Assembly: GCA_049514335.1 (NCBI GenBank)
Contig: JBEKVE010000004.1
Coordinates: 1-59,293, forward strand
Length of the DNA: 59,293 nucleotides
DNA from: Acidimicrobiales bacterium
Lineage (GTDB): Bacteria; Actinomycetota; Acidimicrobiia; Acidimicrobiales; UBA8190
Direction: 5' to 3'
In this document: piece by piece, positions 36,750-45,528 of the stretch
Layout: every line of letters begins with the position of its first letter
Position numbering within the stretch: position 1 is the first letter of the stretch
Notes under the pieces: generated by a model
The model's database searches: none
What the model saw: only the letters and a program-made list of their open reading frames with translations
What the model was told of the DNA's origin: nothing
Program-made: the position numbers and the translations under genes

Positions 36750-37802
36750 GTGTCGTCCACCCAGGTCAAGATCCTCGTCCCCGGCAACCACCTCATGGTG
36801 GGTCTGCTCGGTCAACGAGACGAGTTGCTGCGACTCATCGAAGACGCCTTCGGCGAGGTCCGCATCGTCGTGCGGGGCAACGAGATCTCCATCGAGGGTG
36901 AGGACGCGGAGCGCGTGGGGCGGCTCTTCGACGAGCTCGTCATGCTGCTCGAGCAGGGTCAGCGCCTCGACGCCTCGGACGTCGACCGCACCATCTCCAT
37001 GGTGAAGGACGACGTGAGCCCGGCCGAGGTGCTCACCACCGAAGTGTTGCGCTCGGCGCGCGGCCACACCGTGCGCCCCAAGACGGCGGGCCAGAAGCGC
37101 TACACCGACGCCATCGCCACGAGCGTCGTCACCTTCGGGATCGGGCCCGCCGGCACGGGCAAGTCGTACCTGGCGGTGGCGCTGGCCGTGCAGGCGCTGC
37201 AGGCGCACGAGGTCGACCGCATCATCCTCACCCGTCCGGCGGTGGAGGCGGGCGAGCGGCTCGGGTTCCTGCCCGGCGACATCATGGCCAAGGTCGACCC
37301 CTACCTCCGCCCCCTCTACGACGCCCTCTACGACCTGCTCGGACCCGAGGGCGCCCAGCGTCTCCTGGAGCGGGGCACGATCGAGGTGGCGCCCCTGGCG
37401 TTCATGCGGGGGCGCACGCTCAACCGGAGCTTCATCATCCTCGACGAGGCCCAGAACACCACGCCCGAGCAGATGAAGATGTTCCTCACCCGCATCGGCT
37501 TCCGGTCGAAGGTCGTGGTGACCGGGGACGTCACCCAGATCGACGTGCCCGGTGGGCGCTCGGGTCTACCCGGCCTCGAGGCGGTGCTCGGCTCGGTGCC
37601 CGGTGTCACCTTCGTGCACCTCACCCAGGGCGACGTGGTGCGCGCCCGCATCGTGGCCGACATCGTGTCCGCCTACGAGGCCGCCGACGCCGCCGCGTTG
37701 TCGCAGAACGGCGCGCCCGGGCGCAGTGGACGCGGCGCGCCCAAGGGGGGCCGGCCGGGGCGCCCGGGCCGGGCCCCGCACGGCGCTCCCGACGGCCGGT
37801 GA
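36750..37802 (+). CDS. phoH: PhoH-like ATPase
   Basis: Walker A is GPAGTGKSYLAV. RPAVEAGERLGFLPGD and ILDEAQN are also present. This is the typical PhoH/YbeZ pattern, and the gene lies upstream of ybeY. Confidence 0.93.
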   Translation: MSSTQVKILVPGNHLMVGLLGQRDELLRLIEDAFGEVRIVVRGNEISIEGEDAERVGRLFDELVMLLEQGQRLDASDVDRTISMVKDDVSPAEVLTTEVLRSARGHTVRPKTAGQKRYTDAIATSVVTFGIGPAGTGKSYLAVALAVQALQAHEVDRIILTRPAVEAGERLGFLPGDIMAKVDPYLRPLYDALYDLLGPEGAQRLLERGTIEVAPLAFMRGRTLNRSFIILDEAQNTTPEQMKMFLTRIGFRSKVVVTGDVTQIDVPGGRSGLPGLEAVLGSVPGVTFVHLTQGDVVRARIVADIVSAYEAADAAALSQNGAPGRSGRGAPKGGRPGRPGRAPHGAPDGR

Positions 37803-38323
37803 CGGGCGGCGCCGTGGTCGACGTCTTCGCCGCCGACGAGCAGTCCGAGCGTGCCGTCGACATCGCCCGGTGGTCCACCCTGGCGCGCCAGGTCCTCGGG
37901 GCGCAGGGGGTCCGCGACGGCGTCGAGGTGTCGCTCTTGTTCGTGGACGAGCCCACCATCGCCGAGCTGCACGAGCGGTTCCTGGGCGAAGCGGGTCCCA
38001 CCGACGTCCTCGCCTTTCCCATCGACGAGGAGCCCGATCCCGGCGGTCGTTCGCCCGACCAGGGGGGGACGGGGCCCGGTGGCTCCCTTCCCGTCGAGGA
38101 GGGGGCCATGCCCGTCCTCCTCGGTGACGTCGTGGTGTGCCCCACCGTGGCGGCGCGCAACGCCGAGGTCCACGGGGTGAGCTTCGACGACGAGGTGGCC
38201 CTGCTCGTGGTGCACGGGCTGCTGCACCTCCTCGGCATGGACCACGGTCTCGACGACGAGGCCGAGGCCATGGAGCGACGCGAGCGCGAGCTGCTGGCCC
38301 GGTTCCACCGGGCCTCGCCGTAG
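37799..38323 (+). CDS. ybeY: rRNA maturation RNase YbeY
   Basis: It overlaps phoH through GTGA. The zinc motif is HGLLHLLGMDH. Confidence 0.93.
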   Translation: MTGGAVVDVFAADEQSERAVDIARWSTLARQVLGAQGVRDGVEVSLLFVDEPTIAELHERFLGEAGPTDVLAFPIDEEPDPGGRSPDQGGTGPGGSLPVEEGAMPVLLGDVVVCPTVAARNAEVHGVSFDDEVALLVVHGLLHLLGMDHGLDDEAEAMERRERELLARFHRASP

Positions 38324-38335
38324 CGGGAGCGGACC

Positions 38336-39652
38336 GTGGGAAGCGACGTCACGGCCTCCGCCTTCGGCACCGCCGACGCCGTCATCGTCGTGGTGGTGGT
38401 GGTGCTGCTGGCCGCCTCCGCCGTCCTGGCGCTGGCCGAAACGGCCCTCGTGCGCACCAGCCGGGCCAAGGCGCTGGCGCTGCGCGAGCAGCACCGCCGG
38501 GGTTCGGGGGCACTGCTGCGTCTGGCCGAGAAGCCCCAGGGTTTCCTGAACCCGCTCCTTTTGCTCGTCCTCGTGTGCCAGTTGGTGACGGCGACGCTGG
38601 TGGGCATCGTGGCCGAGCGCCTCCTCGGGGCGTGGGGCGTCGCCGCCGCCACGGTGTTCGAGGTCGTCGTCATCTTCGTGCTGGCCGAGGCCCTGCCCAA
38701 GAACTGGGCGGTGTACAACCCGGAGCGCTCGGCGCTGTTCGTGGCGCCCATCGTCTCCACCCTGGTGCGGTTCCCGCCCCTGCGCTTCGTGTCGAACGGG
38801 CTCATCGGGCTCGCCAACCTTCTCGTCGGCCAACGCCACCGGCGCGACACGGTGAGCGAGTCCGAGCTCCTGGCCATGGCCGACGTGGCGCTCGAGGAGG
38901 AGGTCATCGAGCACCAGGAGCGCGAGCTCATCCACTCCATCATCGAGTTCGGCGACACCATCGTGCGCGAGGTCATGGTGCCGCGTCCCGACATGCGCGC
39001 CGTGGAGGCCGACCTGACGGTGTCGCAGGTGCTCGACGTCGCCATGGCGGCGGGCTTCTCGCGCCTGCCGGTGCACGACGGCAACATCGACGACATCGTG
39101 GCCATCGCCTACACCAAGGACCTGATCCGGGCCGAGCGCGAGGGGGCGGGCGGGCAGCCCATCACGGGCTACACGAGGCCGGCGACCTTCGTGCCCGAGA
39201 CCAAGCGCGTGTCGCGCCTCATGCGCGAGATGCAGGAGAAGAAGTTCCATCTCGCCATCGTGGTCGACGAGTACGGCGGCACCGCCGGCCTCGTCTCCCT
39301 GGAGGACCTCATCGAGGAGCTGGTGGGGGAGATCGTCGACGAGTACGACGTCGAGGAGGCTCCGGTGCAGACCCTGGCCGGCGGCGACGTGTCGGTCACG
39401 GCCCGGTTCCCGGTGGACGAGCTCAACGAGCTGATCGACGCCGAGCTCCCCGAGGGGGACTGGGACACCGTGGGCGGGTTGTTGTTCAACGTCCTCGGCC
39501 GGATCCCGGTCGAAGGTGAGGAGGTCGACGTGGACGGCGTGCGCCTCACCGCCGAGAAGGTGCAGGGGCACCGCATCGGGCGCATCCGCATCAGGGCGCT
39601 TCCCACGCCCGCGCCGCAGGGCGCCGACGCCGGTGACGACCACGCCCGCTGA
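38336..39652 (+). CDS. Hemolysin-family / CNNM (DUF21)-CBS-CorC_HlyC membrane protein
   Basis: The N-terminal domain has four TM segments. A CBS pair follows (REVMVPRPDM..., ...HLAIVVDEYGGTAGLVSLEDL). The C terminus carries a CorC domain. Confidence 0.9.
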   Translation: MGSDVTASAFGTADAVIVVVVVVLLAASAVLALAETALVRTSRAKALALREQHRRGSGALLRLAEKPQGFLNPLLLLVLVCQLVTATLVGIVAERLLGAWGVAAATVFEVVVIFVLAEALPKNWAVYNPERSALFVAPIVSTLVRFPPLRFVSNGLIGLANLLVGQRHRRDTVSESELLAMADVALEEEVIEHQERELIHSIIEFGDTIVREVMVPRPDMRAVEADLTVSQVLDVAMAAGFSRLPVHDGNIDDIVAIAYTKDLIRAEREGAGGQPITGYTRPATFVPETKRVSRLMREMQEKKFHLAIVVDEYGGTAGLVSLEDLIEELVGEIVDEYDVEEAPVQTLAGGDVSVTARFPVDELNELIDAELPEGDWDTVGGLLFNVLGRIPVEGEEVDVDGVRLTAEKVQGHRIGRIRIRALPTPAPQGADAGDDHAR

Positions 39653-40580
39653 AGCCGCCGGCGCGGCCGAGCGTGCGTTCCGGTCGGGCTTCGTCACCAT
39701 CGTCGGCCGACCCAACGTGGGCAAGTCCACCCTCGTCAACCGTGTGGTGGGGACCAAGGTGACGATCACCTCGCCCCGCCCCAACACCACGCGGCGAGCG
39801 GTGCGCGCCGTGCTGCACAGGCCCGGCGTGCAGGCCGTGTTCGTCGACACGCCGGGCCTGCACCGACCGCGCACGGCGTTGGGCACCCGCCTCAACGAGC
39901 AGGTGGCCGAGGCGCTCGACGACATCGACGTGGCCGTGGCCGTGCTCGACGCCACCGCCCCCATCGGGCCCGGGGACCGGCTCGTGCTCGAGCGGTCCGC
40001 CGCCCGCGCCGCGGTGCCGAGCGGTCCGGGTCCGGCCCGGGGCGGGCTCCTGGTGGCGGTGAACAAGGTGGACCGGGCCTCGCCCGCACAGATCGCGGCC
40101 CATCTGCAGGGGGCCCACGACGTGCTCGAGGCGCTCGGGCCCGGCGTCGGCGACGGTGCAGAGTACTTCCCGCTGTCGGCGTCCACGGGGGAGGGCGTCG
40201 ACGCGCTCGTCGACACCGTGCTCGCCCGCATGCCCGAGGGGCCGCCCTACTTCCCCGACGACATGGTGTCGGACTCGCCCGAGGCGTTCTGGGTTGCCGA
40301 GCTCGTGCGCGAGCAGCTCCTGGCCAGGGTACGCGAGGAGCTGCCCCATTCCATCGCCTGTCGCGTCACGGACTGGGAGTGGCCCCGGGTGCAGGTCGAG
40401 ATCGTGGTGGAGCGCGATTCGCAGAAGGTCATCGTGATCGGCAAGGGCGGGTCCATGTTGAAAGACGTCGGCACCGCCGTGCGCCACCAGCTGCCGCCCG
40501 GCGCGTACCTCGAACTGCGGGTGCGCGTCGACAAGCACTGGCAGCAGCGCCCCGACGCCATCGAGCGCCTGGGCTACTGA
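39633..40580 (+). CDS. era: GTPase Era
   Basis: The start is GTG 39633. G1 is GRPNVGKST, G3 is DTPG and G4 is NKVD. The C terminus carries a KH domain. It overlaps the preceding gene by 20 nt. Confidence 0.93.
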   Translation: MTTTPAEAAGAAERAFRSGFVTIVGRPNVGKSTLVNRVVGTKVTITSPRPNTTRRAVRAVLHRPGVQAVFVDTPGLHRPRTALGTRLNEQVAEALDDIDVAVAVLDATAPIGPGDRLVLERSAARAAVPSGPGPARGGLLVAVNKVDRASPAQIAAHLQGAHDVLEALGPGVGDGAEYFPLSASTGEGVDALVDTVLARMPEGPPYFPDDMVSDSPEAFWVAELVREQLLARVREELPHSIACRVTDWEWPRVQVEIVVERDSQKVIVIGKGGSMLKDVGTAVRHQLPPGAYLELRVRVDKHWQQRPDAIERLGY

Positions 40581-42751
40581 GCCGGCGCCCCGCGGGCGGC
40601 GGTGAGGAACCGGCTCACCTCGTCGCGGTCGATGGTGCGGCGCATGGGGGGCATGACCTCGAGCAGGGCGCGGCGGTATCCGGCCGTGGCGAGGCGCGAA
40701 TCGAGCACCGCCACCACCCCGGTGTCGTTCGACGAGCGGATGAGCCGGCCCGCCCCCTGGGCGAGCAGGGTCGCGGCCCGGGGGAGGTCAACGGTGCGGA
40801 ACGCCGCATCGCCGGCGCGGTCGCGCCGGGCTTGGAGCAGCGGGTCGTCGGGGCGGGGGAAGGGCAGGCGGTCGAGGGTCACGAGCGACAGCGTCGGGCC
40901 GGGGACGTCGACGCCCTGCCAGAACGACATGGTGGCGAAGAGGCACGCGCCGTGCTCGTCGGTGAAGGCGTCGATGAGGCGGCCCTTGGGCATGTCCCCC
41001 TGGGCCAGCACGGTGAAATCGAGCACCGGTCGCAGGGCGTCGGCGGCGCCGTGCATGGCCCGCCAGCTCGTGAACAGGGCGAGGGTGCGTCCCCCCGCGG
41101 CGGTGATGAGCAGACGCAGCTCCTCGTGCAGCGCTTCCGCCGCTCCCGGCCGGCGGGGGTCGGGGAGGTGCTTGGCGCAGTACAGCAGGGCGCACGTGCG
41201 GTAGGGGAAGGGGCTCCCCACCTCCAGGTGGTCGGTGCGCGCCTCGGGGAGGCCCAGGCGCTCGGCCAGGCGCGGGGGGATGGTCGCCGACGTGAGCACG
41301 GCGCTCACCTCCGGCCACAGCCGCTCGGCCAGCAGGGGACCCACCTCGATGGGCGCCACCCGCAAGTTGGGCGTGCGCCCGCCCGGCCCCGTCGCCTCGA
41401 TCCAGGCCACCTGGCCTTCGCCCGGCGTGGCCGCCACCGCCATCTCCTCGACCAGATGCCCGAGGGCCACACGGGCCCGGTTGCGCCGGGCGGCGTCGTC
41501 GGCGGGCCCGTCTGCCCCGGCGCCCTTGTTCCCGCCAGCGCTGGTCCCCGCACCCGCCCCACCGGCGGCGTCGGCCCGGTGCAGGGCGCCGGCCAGGGCC
41601 TCGAGCCGCCCGCGGGCGAGCGCTAGCACCGCCTCGAGCTCGGCGTCGGCGCCAGCGTCGGGACCCGACCCCGGTCGAGCACCAGCGTCCGCCGGTCCCT
41701 CGGCGCTGCGCAGCACCCGCTGGCCCACCCGGGGCGCCAGCACGTCCTCGAGCCGGTCAGCGGCGTCGGCCACGGCGTCGGAGAGGGCGTTGTCGTCTGC
41801 GCCCACCAGGCTGCGGGTGGCCTGGGCCACGCCCCGCAGCCGTCCGGCTGTGATCTCCACCCCGAGGGCGGCGGTCATGACGTCCTCGACGGCGTGGGCC
41901 TCGTCCAGGACGACCACGTCATGGGTCGGGAGCACGGCGCCGTCGCTGGCCACGTGGGTGGCGTACAGGTGGGTGTTCACCACCACGATGTCGGCGCCGG
42001 CGGCCCGGTCCCGGGCCCGCTCGGCGAAGCACACCGTCCCCGACGGGCAGCGGAAGGCGCCCGGGCACTCGCGTGCCGACACCGACACCGCCGCCCAGGC
42101 CCGGGGGTTGGGCTCGAAGGGGAGCTCGGCTCTGTCCCCGGTGTCGGAGGTGCCGGCCCAGGTGACGAGACGACGCAGCTGCTCGCCCAGCCGACCCAGG
42201 TCGACGGTGCGGGCCGGCGCGGCCCCGGAGGCGCCCTCGCGCCCGATCCGCCCACCGGCGGTGTCGTCCCCGCCGACCCCGGTCGGGCCGAACCCCGGGA
42301 GCGCCGATGAGTCGGCGTCGAAGCCCGGAGAGGCGTCGGGGTCGAACAGCGCCACACCCGCCAGCCCCGGCTCGTCGACGGCGCCGCCCACCTCGAGCAC
42401 GCGCTGGCGGCACACGTAGTTGGAGCGGCCCTTCAAGACGGCGAAGGTGAACGGGTGGGCGTCACCCAGGGCCGCCGCCACCATGGGGAGGTCCTTCGTG
42501 GCCAGCTGGTCCTGGAGCGCCTTGGTGGCCGTGGCCACCACCACCCGGCGCCCCGACAGGGCGGCGGGGACCAGGTAGGCGAGGGACTTCCCGGTCCCGG
42601 TGCCCGCCCCCACCACCAGGTGGCGCTGCTCCGCCAGGGCCCGTTGCACCGCCTGCGCCATCGACACCTGGCCGGGGCGGTCCTCGCCCCCACCGGGAAG
42701 GGCGGCGGTCACCTCGGCGAGGGCCCCGGTGACGTCGGTACGGGGCGGCAC
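40574..42751 (-). CDS. DinG/Rad3-like ATP-dependent DNA helicase (start uncertain)
   Basis: The product has ...RPGQVSMAQAV...GAGTGTGKSLAYLVPA..., VVLDEAH, and the C-terminal helicase motifs FWQGVDVPG...RL.QG.GRLIR. Candidate starts are GTG 42751 and ATG 42886. The ORF remains open up to 43072. Confidence 0.85.
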   Translation of the reverse strand: MPPRTDVTGALAEVTAALPGGGEDRPGQVSMAQAVQRALAEQRHLVVGAGTGTGKSLAYLVPAALSGRRVVVATATKALQDQLATKDLPMVAAALGDAHPFTFAVLKGRSNYVCRQRVLEVGGAVDEPGLAGVALFDPDASPGFDADSSALPGFGPTGVGGDDTAGGRIGREGASGAAPARTVDLGRLGEQLRRLVTWAGTSDTGDRAELPFEPNPRAWAAVSVSARECPGAFRCPSGTVCFAERARDRAAGADIVVVNTHLYATHVASDGAVLPTHDVVVLDEAHAVEDVMTAALGVEITAGRLRGVAQATRSLVGADDNALSDAVADAADRLEDVLAPRVGQRVLRSAEGPADAGARPGSGPDAGADAELEAVLALARGRLEALAGALHRADAAGGAGAGTSAGGNKGAGADGPADDAARRNRARVALGHLVEEMAVAATPGEGQVAWIEATGPGGRTPNLRVAPIEVGPLLAERLWPEVSAVLTSATIPPRLAERLGLPEARTDHLEVGSPFPYRTCALLYCAKHLPDPRRPGAAEALHEELRLLITAAGGRTLALFTSWRAMHGAADALRPVLDFTVLAQGDMPKGRLIDAFTDEHGACLFATMSFWQGVDVPGPTLSLVTLDRLPFPRPDDPLLQARRDRAGDAAFRTVDLPRAATLLAQGAGRLIRSSNDTGVVAVLDSRLATAGYRRALLEVMPPMRRTIDRDEVSRFLTAARGAPAQ

Positions 42752-43077
42752 CGCTCCGACGGTAGCGGAGCGGGACGGCCCCTCCCCGCACCCGGGCGGC
42801 GCCCCGCAGGGCTCTGTGGCAGCTGTGTGAAGAAGCGATGAACACGGTGCGAAGTGGCTCGACTTGGCCGCCGCGGTCGGTACCATGGGCGAACCAGAGA
42901 AAGGAGGTGGTCCAACTGAGCAGTCATAAACCCGGGACCCTGGAGGTGGCTGGCCGCTGAGGCGGCTCGCTGGACCACCTGGCGAATCCCAGCCAGTTAC
43001 CCGCCGAGCGATCCGGCCGGGAAGTCGTCCCACCCGGCGATGTACGGACGATCGGTGCCTTTCCAGCAACAACTCGA

Positions 43078-43112
43078 CCGAGGGCGCCCCGCGTGGGCGC
43101 CCTCGGTCTTTT
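43078..43112 (+). terminator. Intrinsic terminator with no upstream plus-strand gene
   Basis: The sequence is CCGAGGGCGCCC-cgcgt-GGGCGCCCTCGG followed by TCTTTT. This gives a perfect 12-bp stem and a U-tract on the plus strand. Confidence 0.7.
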
Positions 43113-43346
43113 CCGGCGCAGCGGTGGCACCGAGACGGTCCCCCGGGGGACCGGGCAACCGGCCCGCGCGGCGTGGTGCGCGGGACCCCGGACCGGCCGC
43201 GGGGAGGCCACGAAAGAACCCGACGCCGGCGTCGGCTGGGCTACGCTTCGTCGAGCGCTCGGTGGATCACGCAGGCCGTGCGTCGTTGTCGGTTGACGCT
43301 TCGTGTCTCCCGCAAGTGTTCGTGCGTGGAGAAACGAGGCAAGACG

Positions 43347-43550
43347 ATGGCCGAAGGCACGGTGAAGTGGTTCAACTCGACAAAGGGATACGGGTTCGTC
43401 ACGCCTGACGACGGATCGCCCGACGTGTTCGTCCACTTCTCGGCGATCGATGGCACCGGCTACCGCGAGCTCGTCGAGGGCGAGCGCGTGGAGTTCGAGC
43501 AGACCCAGGGCCAGAAGGGTCCGCAAGCCACGAAGGTCCGCAAGCTCTAG
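43347..43550 (+). CDS. cspA: Cold-shock protein (CspA family)
   Basis: The product is [51 protein letters not shown].... The RNP1 and RNP2 motifs are present. Confidence 0.97.
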   Translation: MAEGTVKWFNSTKGYGFVTPDDGSPDVFVHFSAIDGTGYRELVEGERVEFEQTQGQKGPQATKVRKL

Positions 43551-43626
43551 GAGCGACTCGGACGTTGCACCGCCCGCAGCGGCCGGCCGGCGCCCAGGCG
43601 CCGCGGCTGTGCGGGTGTCGCACCTC

Positions 43627-43659
43627 GATGCGGAGGTGGCCTCGGGCCACCTCCGCATC
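43627..43659 (+). terminator. Perfect 15-bp hairpin downstream of cspA
   Basis: The sequence is GATGCGGAGGTGGCC-tcg-GGCCACCTCCGCATC. No U-tract follows. Confidence 0.55.
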
Positions 43660-43702
43660 GTCGCGTCCGGGAGCCCGCGGCCGGAGGAAGTAGGTTCGGA
43701 AG

Positions 43703-44443
43703 GTGGCCATCCCCCCTGACGGGCGGGCGCCCGTCGGCATCGACACCGCACAGGTCCCCGCCCACGTCGCCTGTGTCATGGACGGCAACGGCCGGTGGGC
43801 GAGCCAGCGCGGCCTGCCCCGCACCGAAGGGCACGCCGCGGGGGAGGAGGCCCTGCTCGACGCCGTGAACGGAGCGCTCGACATCGGGGTGCGGTGGCTC
43901 ACCATGTTCGCCTTCTCCACCGAGAACTGGCGTCGCCCGCGAGACGAGGTCCGCTACCTGATGGGCTTCAACGAGTCGCTCCTGGTCCGGCGGCGCGACG
44001 AGCTGCACGACAAGGGGGTCCGCATCCGGTTCGCCGGCCGGCGCGACTGGCGGGTGCCGCGTCGCGTGCTGCGGCGCATGGACGAGTCGGTCGCACTGAC
44101 CGCCCACAACCGCCGCATGACGCTCACCATGGCCTTCAACTACGGGGGGCGGGCCGAGATCATCGACGCCGTGCGCGCCCTGGTCGCCACCGGCATCGCC
44201 GCCGACAAGATCGACGAGCGGGCGCTGCGGGCGCACCTCTACTACCCCGACCAGCCCGACCCCGACCTCGTCATCCGGACGTCGGGGGAGTACCGCATCT
44301 CGAACTTCCTCCTGTGGCAGCTGGCCTACTCGGAGCTCGTGTTCACCGACGTGCTGTGGCCCGACTTCCGCCGCGAGCACCTCTTCGAGGCCGTGGCCGA
44401 GTACCAGCGCCGGGAGCGCCGCTACGGCCGGGTGCGCCAATGA
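43703..44443 (+). CDS. uppS: Isoprenyl transferase (undecaprenyl/decaprenyl diphosphate synthase family)
   Basis: The product contains HVACVMDGNGRWA...FAFSTENW.RP..EV...RTSGE.R.SNFLLWQ.AYSE. Confidence 0.95.
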   Translation: MAIPPDGRAPVGIDTAQVPAHVACVMDGNGRWASQRGLPRTEGHAAGEEALLDAVNGALDIGVRWLTMFAFSTENWRRPRDEVRYLMGFNESLLVRRRDELHDKGVRIRFAGRRDWRVPRRVLRRMDESVALTAHNRRMTLTMAFNYGGRAEIIDAVRALVATGIAADKIDERALRAHLYYPDQPDPDLVIRTSGEYRISNFLLWQLAYSELVFTDVLWPDFRREHLFEAVAEYQRRERRYGRVRQ

Positions 44444-44811
44444 GGACCCTGGCGGTGGTGCTGGGCCTCGCGGTACTCGGGGGTCTCGTGGTCCTGGCCG
44501 TGGCGGGCGTGTCGGGGGCGACGGCCGTGCTCATCACCGCCGCCGCGCTGCTGGCCATGATCGCCCTGGGCAACATCCTGGGCGGGCGCAAGACCCCGGA
44601 CCGCGCCCCGTACCGTCCCGGCGCGGCCACGGCTCTGGTTTCCGAAGGTGACGCCCCGGGGGAGGGGACATCCGAGGGCCCCCCAGCCCAGGGTCTCGCA
44701 GCACCGGGCCCGGCGGCACAGGGCCCCGTTGCACAGGGCCCGGCGCACGAGGGCGGTGCGGCGGGCGCCGGCGGCGGGAGCGACCGGGGTGGGGCGGTGG
44801 CGGAGCCGTGA
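44440..44811 (+). CDS. Hypothetical small membrane protein with a Pro/Gly/Ala-rich tail
   Basis: It overlaps uppS through ATGA and recO through GTGA. Two TM helices are present (MRTLAVVLGLAVLGGLVVLAVAGV..AVLITAAALLAMIALGNIL). Confidence 0.6.
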   Translation: MRTLAVVLGLAVLGGLVVLAVAGVSGATAVLITAAALLAMIALGNILGGRKTPDRAPYRPGAATALVSEGDAPGEGTSEGPPAQGLAAPGPAAQGPVAQGPAHEGGAAGAGGGSDRGGAVAEP

Positions 44812-45524
44812 GCCTCTACCGCGACGAGGCGGTGGTGCTGCGCACCCTGCGGCTGGGCGAGGCCGACCGCATCGTCACGATGATGTCGCGCCAGCACGGC
44901 AAGGTGCGGGCCGTGGCCAAAGGGGTGCGCCGGACCAAATCGAAGTTCGGTGCCCGCCTCGAGCCGCTCAGCCACGTGACGATGCTGTGCTGGCAAGGCC
45001 GCGAGCTCGACATCGTGAACCAGGCCGAGGTGACCGACACCTTCCGGACCGTGCGCGAGGACCTGGCGCGGGTGTCGAAGGCCTTCACCCTGCTCGAGGT
45101 GGTGGACCAGCTCGCCCAGGAGCGTCACGCCAACCCCGCCCTCTACGACATGCTGGTGGGCGCGCTCCGGGCGCTCGACGCCGATGACGCCGCCTTGCTC
45201 GTGCCCGCGTTCTGCCTGAAGGCCTTGGCCCTCGAGGGATCGGCGCCGGTGCTCGACGAGTGCGTGTCGTGCGGGGAGCCGCAGGATCTCGTCGCCTTCG
45301 ACCTCACCGAGGGAGGCGTGCTGTGCCGGTCGTGCCGGCGGGGACGGCCCATCTCCGCCGACGCCCTCCACGTGGTGCGCCGCATCCTCGGTGGCGGCCT
45401 GGCCTCGGTCCTGGCAGAGCCCCCCGGCCCGGTGGCGGGCGAGGTCACCGAGCTCGCCACCGAGGCCATGGAGGTCCACCTCGACCGACGCCTGCGCAGC
45501 GTGCGTGCCAGCCCGACCGCCTGA
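44808..45524 (+). CDS. recO: DNA repair protein RecO
   Basis: The product begins MSLYRDEAVVLRTLRLGEADRIVTMMSRQHGKVRAVAKGVRRTKSKF.... The zinc motif is CVSCG...CRSC. Confidence 0.93.
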   Translation: MSLYRDEAVVLRTLRLGEADRIVTMMSRQHGKVRAVAKGVRRTKSKFGARLEPLSHVTMLCWQGRELDIVNQAEVTDTFRTVREDLARVSKAFTLLEVVDQLAQERHANPALYDMLVGALRALDADDAALLVPAFCLKALALEGSAPVLDECVSCGEPQDLVAFDLTEGGVLCRSCRRGRPISADALHVVRRILGGGLASVLAEPPGPVAGEVTELATEAMEVHLDRRLRSVRASPTA

Positions 45525-45528
45525 CCCG

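Noticed and set aside
42897-42959. AAAGGAGG followed by GTG could define a 17-codon leader peptide ([17 protein letters not shown]).
   Set aside because: The GTG overlaps the SD-like sequence, leaving zero spacing, so it is not a functional initiation context. The SD-like word is more plausibly an RNA pairing element.
43040-43408. A 122-aa plus-strand ORF spans the terminator and runs into cspA.
   Set aside because: It reads through a 12-bp terminator hairpin and overlaps the cspA start out of frame. It has no motif and poor composition, so a non-coding interpretation is preferred.
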